This document shows, piece by piece, positions 1 to 8,133 of a DNA stretch of 24,000 nucleotides. The DNA lies in contig JAQTSA010000005.1 in the NCBI GenBank assembly GCA_028711575.1, forward strand, positions 1 through 24,000, read 5' to 3'. This DNA is from Candidatus Omnitrophota bacterium. Its GTDB lineage: Bacteria; Omnitrophota; Gorgyraeia; Duberdicusellales; 4484-171. Both the position numbers and the translations under genes were made by a program. Below the pieces are notes generated by a model. It did not search any database and was not told where the DNA came from. It was given only the letters and a program-made list of their open reading frames with translations. Positions within the stretch are counted from its first letter, which is position 1. Each line of letters starts with the position of its first letter.

Positions 1-1442
1 AGCTTGACCAGATTGAAACAAAGCAAAAAAGATATCATGAAAAGCTTCAGGAAAAAGAACAGGCTTTTAAGGAGACTGAACGTTTACGGGAAGAGTTTCA
101 GATTTTAGAAGCAGATGCTGAGGCCGTTTTATCGGAAATTAACTATTTAGAAGCTAAGCAAAAAGAGCTGGAAACAAAACTTGCTTTTTTTGAAGAAACT
201 TTATCGGCCACTCAGGAAAGTCTTCGCTTGAATCAGGAAAGGGTCGCCAGTAATAGTCAGGAAATAACAATTATTGATATTGAAACGGCAAAGCGTCAGG
301 AGCAGCTGCAGTCTTTGGATAAAGAAAAAGAATCATTAATTTCAAAAATACAGATTCTTGAAGATGAACGTACTAACCTTTTGCGTAATCTGGAAGACAA
401 TTCTCAGGAAAACAAAGATAATGCCGGTAAAATAGAGTATTTTCAGGAAGAGATAGAAAAGGTTTCCGCGAAGATGGAAGAAGGAAAAGCCAAGGTCCAA
501 TCTTTCCTGGAAAACAAAACGGCGCTGGAGAAAGATCAAGGTGACTTAATGCTTGAGCGTCAAACAAAAAGCAAACAAATTAAGGAAGTCGAGAAAGAAA
601 GTGAAGAAATTAAGACTTCGATCTATAACCAAAAATTAGAAGTCCAGAGCTTAGAATATGAGAAGGGTAAAGTAAAAGATTATCTAAATCAGGTTTACAG
701 TATAACTTTTGAGCCGGTTGAAAAAGAAACGATTGATTGTTCTTTGGATGTTTTTTTTCAGAATCGTGACAGGCTGCAAAAGAAGAAAAAATCACTAGGC
801 GAGGTTAACTTGGTAGCTATTGAAGAGTTTGAAGAGTTGAAACAGCGCGACGATTTTCTAAATAAACAAAAAGAAGATTTGATAGCCTCCAAGGATAATT
901 TAAGAAAAGCGATTTTACGAATCAATCGAACTTCCCGGGAAATATTTATGGAAGTTTTTACTAAAATTGTTGAAGAATTTAAAAAGAACTTCCGTTTTCT
1001 TTTTAACGGCGGCCGGGCTCAGCTTGTGTTGGTTGACCCGGACAACGTTTTGGATTCTGGTGTTGAAATTGAAGTCCAGCCGCCCGGCAAAAAACTGCAA
1101 AATGTTTCTCTTCTTTCCGGGGGAGAAAAAGCGTTAACCGCAATTGCTCTTATTTTCGCGATATTTCAGGTCCGACCGTCACCGCTCTGTGTGTTAGATG
1201 AAATTGATGCCCCTTTAGATGAGGCTAATGTTGACCGATTTAATCATATGTTAAAAGAATTTTCTGCTTTTTCCCAATTTCTTCTTATTACTCACAATAA
1301 AAAGACGATGGGTAACGCCAATGTTCTTTATGGCGTCACGATGCAGGAAAAAGGCGTTTCGAAACTAGTTTCCGTAAAATTTAACGAAGAAGAGCAGAAA
1401 GCAAAACCGTCCGCGCTGACAAACCAGGAAGTCACAACCTAA
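1..1442 (+). CDS. smc: SMC chromosome segregation ATPase, C-terminal portion (5' end lies outside the window)
   Basis: The reading frame is open from position 3 (LDQIETKQKRYHEKLQ..., long coiled-coil-type sequence) to the stop at 1440-1442. The track ORF start at 228 is an internal TTG. The C-terminal head carries the ABC signature LSGGEKALTAIAL and Walker B/D-loop LCVLDEIDAPLDEANV, typical of SMC. Confidence 0.9.
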   Translation, partial: LDQIETKQKRYHEKLQEKEQAFKETERLREEFQILEADAEAVLSEINYLEAKQKELETKLAFFEETLSATQESLRLNQERVASNSQEITIIDIETAKRQEQLQSLDKEKESLISKIQILEDERTNLLRNLEDNSQENKDNAGKIEYFQEEIEKVSAKMEEGKAKVQSFLENKTALEKDQGDLMLERQTKSKQIKEVEKESEEIKTSIYNQKLEVQSLEYEKGKVKDYLNQVYSITFEPVEKETIDCSLDVFFQNRDRLQKKKKSLGEVNLVAIEEFEELKQRDDFLNKQKEDLIASKDNLRKAILRINRTSREIFMEVFTKIVEEFKKNFRFLFNGGRAQLVLVDPDNVLDSGVEIEVQPPGKKLQNVSLLSGGEKALTAIALIFAIFQVRPSPLCVLDEIDAPLDEANVDRFNHMLKEFSAFSQFLLITHNKKTMGNANVLYGVTMQEKGVSKLVSVKFNEEEQKAKPSALTNQEVTT

Positions 1443-1519
1443 AATTTTTCCTAATAGTTTCAGCTGGAAAGTAAACCCTAACCCAATTTTAAAATTAGAA
1501 GTCAGAATGTTTTATTTTT

Positions 1520-2686
1520 TTATTTGGCAAGTATAACCTGATTTTTACCGTTACGTTTTGCTTCGTATAAAGCGTCATCAGCTTTTTTTATCAGGTCTCT
1601 TTTTTCGTCATCGTTGTCAAGGTAGCAGGCTATTCCGATACTGACTGTAAACGGTGCATCAAGGATTAATTCTTCTTCAACTGATTTCCGAATGCGTTCA
1701 CCGAGGAGCTGGGCATCTTTTTCTCCCGACTGAGGAAGGATGATTGAGAACTCCTCACCGCCATAGCGGCATATTATATCATCCTTACGGCAGTTGACTT
1801 TTAAAATGTTGCATATTTTACGTAAAGCTTTGTCGCCTTCCAAGTGGCCGAACTTATCGTTGAATTTTTTGAAATCATCTAAATCGAGCATCATTACTGA
1901 CAGCGGCTGTTTTTTTAGTTTAGCCTGAGTTAGCAGATCATCAAGCCGATATTGAAAGTATCCGTAATTCCATAATCCGGTAAGAGAATCAGTGTGAGAC
2001 TTTAAAAGGGTGATTTCAAAAGCTTGAGAATTTTCTATTGCTCCTTGAGCCTGGTCAACAAACATGCTGAAAATACGGATATCATCTTCGGTTATCGGTT
2101 TTTTTGTTATATAGTTATCAGCAAGGATTATTCCGATTGGCTTGTCTTGGGCCCAAATTGATGAAATGACAAAATCTTTAAGCCTTAAATGGTGGATTAA
2201 AGGATCAGTCTCGGAAGTATCGGTTTTTGATTCTTTTATCAGCGAAGCAGTCGGTTTCGATAAGGAACTGTAAATTAATCCGCTTTTTTCATTTAAAGGA
2301 AAAGAGAGCGATTGAATGAATTCCATGAACCTTGGTTTCTTGTCCTGTTTCATTCGCTGATAGGCTTTAATTAAAGAGTATAAGTCAAGTTGTTGGTTTT
2401 TTATTGATTGCCAAACGTCAGTCGCTTCTTGACCGTCGATTGGTCCGATACCCATAAATCCGTTTATGTTTTTCCCTTCTTTATCTACGAGAAAAATTAT
2501 TGCTCGATTGAATGCTAATCCTTGTTGAGCGGTTAACCCGGTTAGAATGATGTAGACAATTTCTTCCAAATGCAGAGTCGTGCGCATAGCTTTAGTCAGC
2601 TCGTAAAACATGTAAAACTGAGAACGAACTTTTTCTAAATCGTTTTTAAGTTGAATTGTTTCTTTTTCGTTTATATCTTCTACCAT
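1520..2686 (-). CDS. Diguanylate cyclase with N-terminal GAF-like sensor domain (GGDEF family)
   Basis: 388-aa ORF. The C-terminal GGDEF domain has the active site RYGGEEFSIILP, and an RxxD I-site (RKDD) sits five residues upstream with the same spacing as PleD-type cyclases. The N-terminal ~170 aa look like a GAF-type small-molecule sensor. Confidence 0.85.
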   Translation of the reverse strand: MVEDINEKETIQLKNDLEKVRSQFYMFYELTKAMRTTLHLEEIVYIILTGLTAQQGLAFNRAIIFLVDKEGKNINGFMGIGPIDGQEATDVWQSIKNQQLDLYSLIKAYQRMKQDKKPRFMEFIQSLSFPLNEKSGLIYSSLSKPTASLIKESKTDTSETDPLIHHLRLKDFVISSIWAQDKPIGIILADNYITKKPITEDDIRIFSMFVDQAQGAIENSQAFEITLLKSHTDSLTGLWNYGYFQYRLDDLLTQAKLKKQPLSVMMLDLDDFKKFNDKFGHLEGDKALRKICNILKVNCRKDDIICRYGGEEFSIILPQSGEKDAQLLGERIRKSVEEELILDAPFTVSIGIACYLDNDDEKRDLIKKADDALYEAKRNGKNQVILAK

Positions 2687-2731
2687 AACAGACTAATTGA
2701 TAACATATCTTCCAGTAAAAGTCAAATAGGC

Positions 2732-2760
2732 TTGACGAAATAAAATAATTGAGATACTAT
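2732..2760 (+). promoter_or_regulatory. Sigma70-like promoter placed for a leaderless or near-leaderless transcript of the 2768 gene
   Basis: TTGACG (2732-2737), a 17-nt spacer, then TACTAT (2755-2760), with the ATG at 2768 only 7 nt downstream. An overlapping TATAAT lies at 2758-2763. There is no Shine-Dalgarno sequence before the ATG. Confidence 0.45.
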
Positions 2761-2767
2761 AATCTTA

Positions 2768-3847
2768 ATGAAAAAACTGCTACTTGTCACTCTTTTTTTT
2801 GGTTTGTTTGGATCCAACGTTTTCTCTTTTGACCGTTATCGTCAGGAGCGAATCGATAATGCCCTGACTAAGGTTGAGTTATCAAGGTTTGTTGAGAAGA
2901 TAGATGATGCTTGGCCGTTTCCCGAGAGCGATTTAACCGATAAAAAACCTTCTAAAACTAAAAAAGGAAAGTTAATTCACCCCTTTCAATATGAAGGCGG
3001 CCAGGACAAAAAAACCGTGTCCCGCCTAGTCAATGAGATAACTGAAGGCAGTTGGTCGATTTCCGGCGGCTGGAATTTTAATCAGATGAAGTATAGTGAG
3101 TATTCTGCCAGTGACAGTGACAATGTCATAGACGAAGATTACGGCACATTGAATTCCTATTATTTTGGTGCAAAATATAAAGGGAAAAATGATATTCACG
3201 AGTTTTTAGGGAAGCCGTTCGCAGAGTTATATTTTCGCCGTTATGAAGATAAGATACTTTACGACGGCGGAACTTCTTTTGGCCCATTTGCTCACAAAAC
3301 CAATGCTGAAGTTTATCGCTATGGTGTTAAATTAGGCGCAATCAAAGATTTTCCCACTATGCCAGGGAATTTTTTTGGTTATTTTGATGTTGGCCATCGT
3401 CATTGGAATCGAGGAGAAAATGAATTGTTTTACGATTCGCGTCATGGTATTTATGCGATTAAGTATGCTGAACAGTATATGTGGACTTATTTTGGTTTCG
3501 GCGGCGGCCTTAATTACGAACCGTTTAGAAATTTTTCGTCAGGCTTAGAGTTTGAGATGATGTTTTCCGGCGGATCTTTTACCAAGATGCATTCAGATTC
3601 TTGGGGGCCGCGTGGGTTTGTTAATGAAGCGACTTATGACCTAGGTGATGTTTGGGGGCTTGAGATACAGTTACCTTTGAAATATTATATTCTTGACGGA
3701 AAAATGTCTTTTGATTTGACGCCTTATTTTACTTATTGGGATGTTGAGCGTTCAAAACCTTTAGAAATGGGTGTTGATTTTTGGTATGAACCTGATAGTA
3801 TTACTCACGTTGAAGGTATCCTGATGGGTATCTCCTGCTTCTTTTAG
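2768..3847 (+). CDS. Hypothetical secreted protein, probable outer-membrane beta-barrel
   Basis: 359-aa ORF. The N-terminal signal peptide is MKKLLLVTLFFGLFGSNVFS. The sequence is rich in Gly and aromatic residues with alternating patterns, and it ends in a C-terminal Phe (..GISCFF), as in OMP beta-barrels. I recognise no specific family. Confidence 0.55.
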   Translation: MKKLLLVTLFFGLFGSNVFSFDRYRQERIDNALTKVELSRFVEKIDDAWPFPESDLTDKKPSKTKKGKLIHPFQYEGGQDKKTVSRLVNEITEGSWSISGGWNFNQMKYSEYSASDSDNVIDEDYGTLNSYYFGAKYKGKNDIHEFLGKPFAELYFRRYEDKILYDGGTSFGPFAHKTNAEVYRYGVKLGAIKDFPTMPGNFFGYFDVGHRHWNRGENELFYDSRHGIYAIKYAEQYMWTYFGFGGGLNYEPFRNFSSGLEFEMMFSGGSFTKMHSDSWGPRGFVNEATYDLGDVWGLEIQLPLKYYILDGKMSFDLTPYFTYWDVERSKPLEMGVDFWYEPDSITHVEGILMGISCFF

Positions 3848-3893
3848 TCTAATCATTCCTTTTTTTAAAAAATCGTAAGAAAAACATTCTGGC

Positions 3894-4940
3894 TTAAATG
3901 ATGAACATTGAATCTCCGAAACTGAAGAACCGAAACCGGTTTTCAATCGCGTAATCGTAGCTTTGTTTTATCAGGTCAATTCCGGCAAAAGTGCTGATTA
4001 AAATCAGGTTGGTTGAACAGGGAGTATGAAAATTAGTTATTACCGCGTCAATGACTTTAAAGCTGTATCCCGGGTAAATATAAAAGTCAGTTTCGCCGGA
4101 AAAAGGCGAAAGAAGTCTGTCATGGTTTTTGCTTTTATCGGCAACGCTTTCTAAGGTTCGGATCGAAGTCGTTCCTACAGCTATGACTCTTCGTTTACTT
4201 AATTTCGCGGCGTTAATCTTTTCAGCGGCTTCTGCGGAAAGGCTGACCCATTCGCTGTGCATCGAGTGTTTGCGAATGTCGGCGCTTTTTACCGGCCGAA
4301 AGGTGCCAAGTCCGCAATGGAGAGTGATAAAAACTATCTCGACCCCGATTTTTTTTAAATCGTTTAAAAGTTTGGGCGTAAAATGAAATCCCGCGGTAGG
4401 AGCGGCTACGGCTCCTTGATTTTCAGCGTAAACAGTTTGATACTGGGTTTCCGCGGTTAGCGGTTTTTTTATGTAAGGCGGCAGGGGAACTTGACCCAGC
4501 GATGAAATAAGCGGTTCAATGTTTTTTTGAGAAAAGGTTATTGACCATGATCCTTGCTGATTAGTTTTGTTTATAGTTGCGGTTATCGGACTATCCTCAA
4601 AGAATATTTTTTCATTTATTTTGATTCGTTTTCCCGGTTTAAGCAAAACCTGCCAAACTCCCGGCTGTATTTCTTTGAGAAGAAAGACCTCGACTTTTCC
4701 GCCGCTTAACCTTTTAGCTTTAAGTCTAGCCTTAATTACTTTAGTATCGTTTAAAACTAAAAGGTCTCCGGGCTTAAACAGGTTGGTTATTTCAGAAAAC
4801 CTTTTTTTAGAAAACGATGAAGTTTTTCTGTCTATGACAAGCAGTTTTGAATTGTCACGCTTAGTTGCCGGTTCTTGAGCGATCAATTCTTGAGGAAAGG
4901 TAAAGTCGTATTTTGATAGGTTAAATTCATCTTGAATCAT
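3894..4940 (-). CDS. queA: S-adenosylmethionine:tRNA ribosyltransferase-isomerase (queuosine biosynthesis)
   Basis: 348-aa ORF. The N-terminus (YDFTFPQELIAQEPATKRDNSKLLVIDR) and internal PLPPYIK and VAAPTAGFHFT motifs are characteristic of QueA. Confidence 0.92.
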   Translation of the reverse strand: MIQDEFNLSKYDFTFPQELIAQEPATKRDNSKLLVIDRKTSSFSKKRFSEITNLFKPGDLLVLNDTKVIKARLKAKRLSGGKVEVFLLKEIQPGVWQVLLKPGKRIKINEKIFFEDSPITATINKTNQQGSWSITFSQKNIEPLISSLGQVPLPPYIKKPLTAETQYQTVYAENQGAVAAPTAGFHFTPKLLNDLKKIGVEIVFITLHCGLGTFRPVKSADIRKHSMHSEWVSLSAEAAEKINAAKLSKRRVIAVGTTSIRTLESVADKSKNHDRLLSPFSGETDFYIYPGYSFKVIDAVITNFHTPCSTNLILISTFAGIDLIKQSYDYAIENRFRFFSFGDSMFII

Positions 4941-4949
4941 AATTTTCTT

Positions 4950-4976
4950 ATTCTACCAGATAACAAGAAAAATCAA
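4950..4976 (-). promoter_or_regulatory. Putative queA promoter with extended -10
   Basis: The minus strand reads TTGATT (4976-4971), a 15-nt spacer ending in TGg, then TAGAAT (4955-4950), with the ATG 9 nt downstream (4940). No SD is visible, which implies a very short leader. Confidence 0.35.
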
Positions 4977-5149
4977 GTTAATATTTTATCCTAAAATTTA
5001 ACTCAATAAAATCCTAAATTTTCTTTTCGAGAGTACCGCTTCCTTTTTAGGCTTTTTGTTTGTCCTTTTTTTAGGCTTTAAAGTCGGGATAAAGCTATAA
5101 AGCATTGATAATAAATGGTTTAGGTGTAGGAAAAAACTGGCTTAGACCA

Positions 5150-5178
5150 TTGACGAATGAGGTTATTTGGAATATAAT
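5150..5178 (+). promoter_or_regulatory. Near-consensus sigma70 promoter upstream of the EF-G2-like gene
   Basis: TTGACG (5150-5155), an exact 17-nt spacer, then TATAAT (5173-5178). The next + strand gene starts at 5406, implying a ~220-nt leader. Confidence 0.6.
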
Positions 5179-5405
5179 AAAAATTTCTAAAATGCCTCGT
5201 TTTAACCTCGGGAAACAATTCACCACTAAAACGGTGAAAGAAATAGATCGGGTTTCTTTAACCCCTTGACAAGGGGATTTGAGATGGAATTGGTAACGGG
5301 TCAAATAAAAAAAGAGTTGATTTTCTTTTGATCGAATCTGTTAGTTATTCGGTTGATTTTTTTTCTCTTTTTTTCTTTGGAATAAGGCATTTAAAGGAGG
5401 CGATA

Positions 5406-7409
5406 ATGAGAAGCGATCTTACTAGAAAACGAACCTTTCTTGTTTGTGGGCACGCTCATTCCGGAAAAACATCTTTAGTTGAGGCCTTGTTATTTAAAGC
5501 CGGAGCGGTCAGCCGGTTAGGAAAAGTCCAAGAAGGTAATACTGTTAGCGATTATGAAGAGGACGAACATCAAAGATGCAGTTCTATAAATCTGGCGGTT
5601 GTAAACGCTGAATATAAAGATAATTTTTTCCAATTTATTGATACCCCGGGATATTTGGATTTTATTGGTGATGTTATTGCCTCAGTCAGGGCGGTTGACT
5701 TTGGCGTTATTGTCGTAGATGCTACCAGTGGAATCGAGGTCGGTACTGAACGCGCTTTTGAAGCTTTGCGAAGAGAAAATGTTCCTTGTTTGTTTGTTAT
5801 CAATAAGCTTGATAAAGAAAATACTAGTTTCCAGAACACCTTTAATGACATTAAAAATAACTTGATTAAACAGGCTATTCCTTTTTCAGTTTATGATTCG
5901 GGAAAGATCAAAGATGCTCTTGAGGATAAGGAAAACATTTATTACTCGCAAATAATGGAAACTGTTGCCGAAACTAACGATCTTTTGTTAGAGAAGTATC
6001 TGGAAACGGGCCAAATCGCAGAAGCTGAGTTTGGCCCGGCATTAAAAAAAGCGATTGTTAATTCCCAAATTTTCCCGGTGTTCGGCTGTTCATCGGAAAC
6101 ACTTGTTGGGATAGATGTTTTACTTGATGAATTAACAAAAGTTATGCCTTCTACCAGCGATGCTTTAGGCCGAAAGGCAAAAAAAGGGGATAAAGAGGTC
6201 GTTTTAGGCAATACGGTTGACGGAGAGCTGGCGGCACAGGTTTTTAAAACCATAGTTGACCCTTTTATCGGTAAACTCAGCATTTTCAGAGTTTATTCCG
6301 GAAAAATTTCCTCAAACAGTGATGTTTATAATTCAACAAAAAAGATTAAAGAAAAAGTCGGACAGATTTATATTTTACAGGGCAAACAGCAGCTTGCCTG
6401 TGATGGTGTTTGTGCCGGAGCTATTGGCGCTGTTGCTAAATTAAAAGATACCGAAACCGGAGATGTTTTTTCTTCTCCTGGCGAAGATATTGAGTTTGCT
6501 CCTTTTGCTTTTCCTCCTCCGTCATATAGCGCTTCAGTTAAACCAAAGACAAGAAAAGACGAAGAAAAAATTTCAACGGCGTTGTCTAAGTTAATGTTAC
6601 AGGATCCAACCTGCAGTACGTCGCGCGACTCACAAACAAAAGAATTAATCGTTTCCGGTTTGGGCGAGTTGCATCTTAATGTGATTATTGAAAGAATGAA
6701 GAAAAAATATGGTGCTGATGTTGATTTGGGGACACCGAAAGTCCCTTATAGAGAAACTATTGCCAAGTCGATCAGTGTCCAGAGCAAATATAAAAAACAA
6801 TCCGGTGGACGAGGCCAATATGCTGATATATGGATTGAGGTTGAGCCGCTGGAGCGAGGTAAAAATTTTGAGTTCGTTAATAAAATTGTTGGCGGCGCGG
6901 TTCCTAAAAACTTTATTCCTTCGGTAGAAAAAGGAATTAAAAATGCGATGCTTTCCGGCGGTGTGCTTGCTGGATATCCTATTTCTGATATTCGAGTTAC
7001 AATTTTTGACGGTTCTTATCATCCGGTTGATTCCTCGGACATGGCTTTTCAGATCGCCGGGTCAATGGGCATAAAGAAAGCTTTAGAAGATGCCGGTAGC
7101 GTTATGCTTGAACCGATAATGGACGTTGAGATTGTCGTGCCAGAGGAGTTTATGGGCCAAATTACCGGTGATATCACCTCTCGTCGGGGCCGAGTTCAGG
7201 GTATGGAAGTCAAGGGGAAGAAAGAAGCAGTTAAAGCGTCGATTCCTTTGGGAGAGATGTTTAAATATGCCTCAGATTTGCGTTCGGTTACTGGAGGAAA
7301 GGGATCATATACGATGAGTTTTTCTCACTATGATGTTGTTCCTCAGCGAGTGGCCCAAGGCATCATTGATGAGGCCAATAAAGCAAAAGAAATGGCCGCC
7401 CATCATTAA
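5406..7409 (+). CDS. Elongation factor G paralog (EF-G2-type translational GTPase)
   Basis: I place the start at ATG 5406, which is preceded by AAGGAGG (5394-5400). The track ORF start at 5328 adds 26 implausible residues. The G1 motif is GHAHSGKTS rather than the canonical AHIDAGKTT, followed by DTPGYLDF (G3) and NKLD (G4). The N-terminus resembles, from memory, Thermus EF-G-2 (GHAGSGKTT...DAPGYGDF). Domains II-V are present through the C-terminus. Confidence 0.85.
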   Translation: MRSDLTRKRTFLVCGHAHSGKTSLVEALLFKAGAVSRLGKVQEGNTVSDYEEDEHQRCSSINLAVVNAEYKDNFFQFIDTPGYLDFIGDVIASVRAVDFGVIVVDATSGIEVGTERAFEALRRENVPCLFVINKLDKENTSFQNTFNDIKNNLIKQAIPFSVYDSGKIKDALEDKENIYYSQIMETVAETNDLLLEKYLETGQIAEAEFGPALKKAIVNSQIFPVFGCSSETLVGIDVLLDELTKVMPSTSDALGRKAKKGDKEVVLGNTVDGELAAQVFKTIVDPFIGKLSIFRVYSGKISSNSDVYNSTKKIKEKVGQIYILQGKQQLACDGVCAGAIGAVAKLKDTETGDVFSSPGEDIEFAPFAFPPPSYSASVKPKTRKDEEKISTALSKLMLQDPTCSTSRDSQTKELIVSGLGELHLNVIIERMKKKYGADVDLGTPKVPYRETIAKSISVQSKYKKQSGGRGQYADIWIEVEPLERGKNFEFVNKIVGGAVPKNFIPSVEKGIKNAMLSGGVLAGYPISDIRVTIFDGSYHPVDSSDMAFQIAGSMGIKKALEDAGSVMLEPIMDVEIVVPEEFMGQITGDITSRRGRVQGMEVKGKKEAVKASIPLGEMFKYASDLRSVTGGKGSYTMSFSHYDVVPQRVAQGIIDEANKAKEMAAHH

Positions 7410-7427
7410 ACAGGAAAGGTTAGCAAC

Positions 7428-8099
7428 ATGAAAATTTACAGTCGGATTGAGGAGTTCTTTGGCAAAAAACAGTTTCGCGATGAGAAATTAGTAAAATTAC
7501 AAGAGAGGTTTCAAGCCTTGAAAACTGTTTTTTATGGAGTTGAGTTTACAAATGAGCGGCGTGATTCTTGTGATTGTATCTTGGCAGGCAAAGATGAGTT
7601 GCTCGATTTTATTGTTGAAGATATCGAGCGGGGGGAAAACTTAATTTCTAAGGTGGAAGAAAAAGCGGCAATTGAAAAAGGGTTAGAGATATTGAATCGG
7701 GAAAAACTTCTTTTTGAAGAGTTAAGCGGCGAGGATTTAAAGGTTTTTCGTGATTATTCCTTTGTAACAGCTAAGCCGATTATTGTTTGGAGCCAGGAAG
7801 GTTTGGACCAAATTCTTCTTAAAATCTTTGAGAAAACTAAAACAGTTTTTTTCTATGCTGCCGGGAAAAAAGAAGTTCATGCCTGGATGGTTCCACTCGG
7901 CAGTGATGTTGTGACCGCGGCTTCAAAAATACATAGCGATTTGGCCCGCGGTTTTATCCGGGCCGAGGTCTATAACGCCTCAGATCTTGATAATTTTAAG
8001 AATTTATCTGAAGCTAAACAGCGGGGCCTTTTAAAGTTGGTGGATAAAAGTTATATCGTTAATGATGGGGATGTCTTGGACGTAAAGTTTAGTGTTTAA
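7428..8099 (+). CDS. YchF-like protein retaining only the helical and C-terminal TGS-like (DUF933) regions; no P-loop
   Basis: 223-aa ORF starting 18 nt after the EF-G2 stop. The C-terminus (FFYAAGKKEVHAWMVPLGSDVVTAASKIHSDLARGFIRAEV...VDKSYIVNDGDVLDVKFSV) aligns by eye to E. coli YchF ([39 protein letters not shown]...GKDYIVKDGDVMNFLFNV). No GxxxxGK[ST] is present anywhere in the ORF. Confidence 0.75.
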   Translation: MKIYSRIEEFFGKKQFRDEKLVKLQERFQALKTVFYGVEFTNERRDSCDCILAGKDELLDFIVEDIERGENLISKVEEKAAIEKGLEILNREKLLFEELSGEDLKVFRDYSFVTAKPIIVWSQEGLDQILLKIFEKTKTVFFYAAGKKEVHAWMVPLGSDVVTAASKIHSDLARGFIRAEVYNASDLDNFKNLSEAKQRGLLKLVDKSYIVNDGDVLDVKFSV

Positions 8100-8133
8100 T
8101 CAACGTAAATACAAAGAAAGTTGAGGTTTTTCA

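Noticed and set aside
5095-5304. 69-aa minus-strand ORF in the queA / EF-G2 intergenic region
   Set aside because: It has no SD and an odd composition, and it overlaps the strong + strand promoter and leader hairpins. It is most likely a chance ORF.
5328-5405. N-terminal 26-residue extension of the EF-G2 ORF (track start 5328)
   Set aside because: The extension (MIESVSYSVDFFSLFFFGIRHLKEAI) is T-rich leader sequence and contains the AAGGAGG SD that serves ATG 5406. EF-G family proteins begin just before the G1 motif.
7410-8099. YchF-like gene as a frameshifted or truncated pseudogene of full-length ychF
   Set aside because: Only 18 nt separate it from the EF-G2 stop, so no G-domain remnant can lie upstream. 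The ORF is intact, with a plausible GGAAAGG SD-like sequence and a conserved C-terminus. I therefore treat it as a genuine short form.
8100-8133. ZTP (pfl) riboswitch upstream of purH and THF riboswitch upstream of folE or folC
   Set aside because: The purH upstream gap is only 34 nt. The folE upstream region (12532-12648) contains a terminator hairpin but nothing resembling the ZTP or THF conserved cores that I can recall. There is no support from the sequence.
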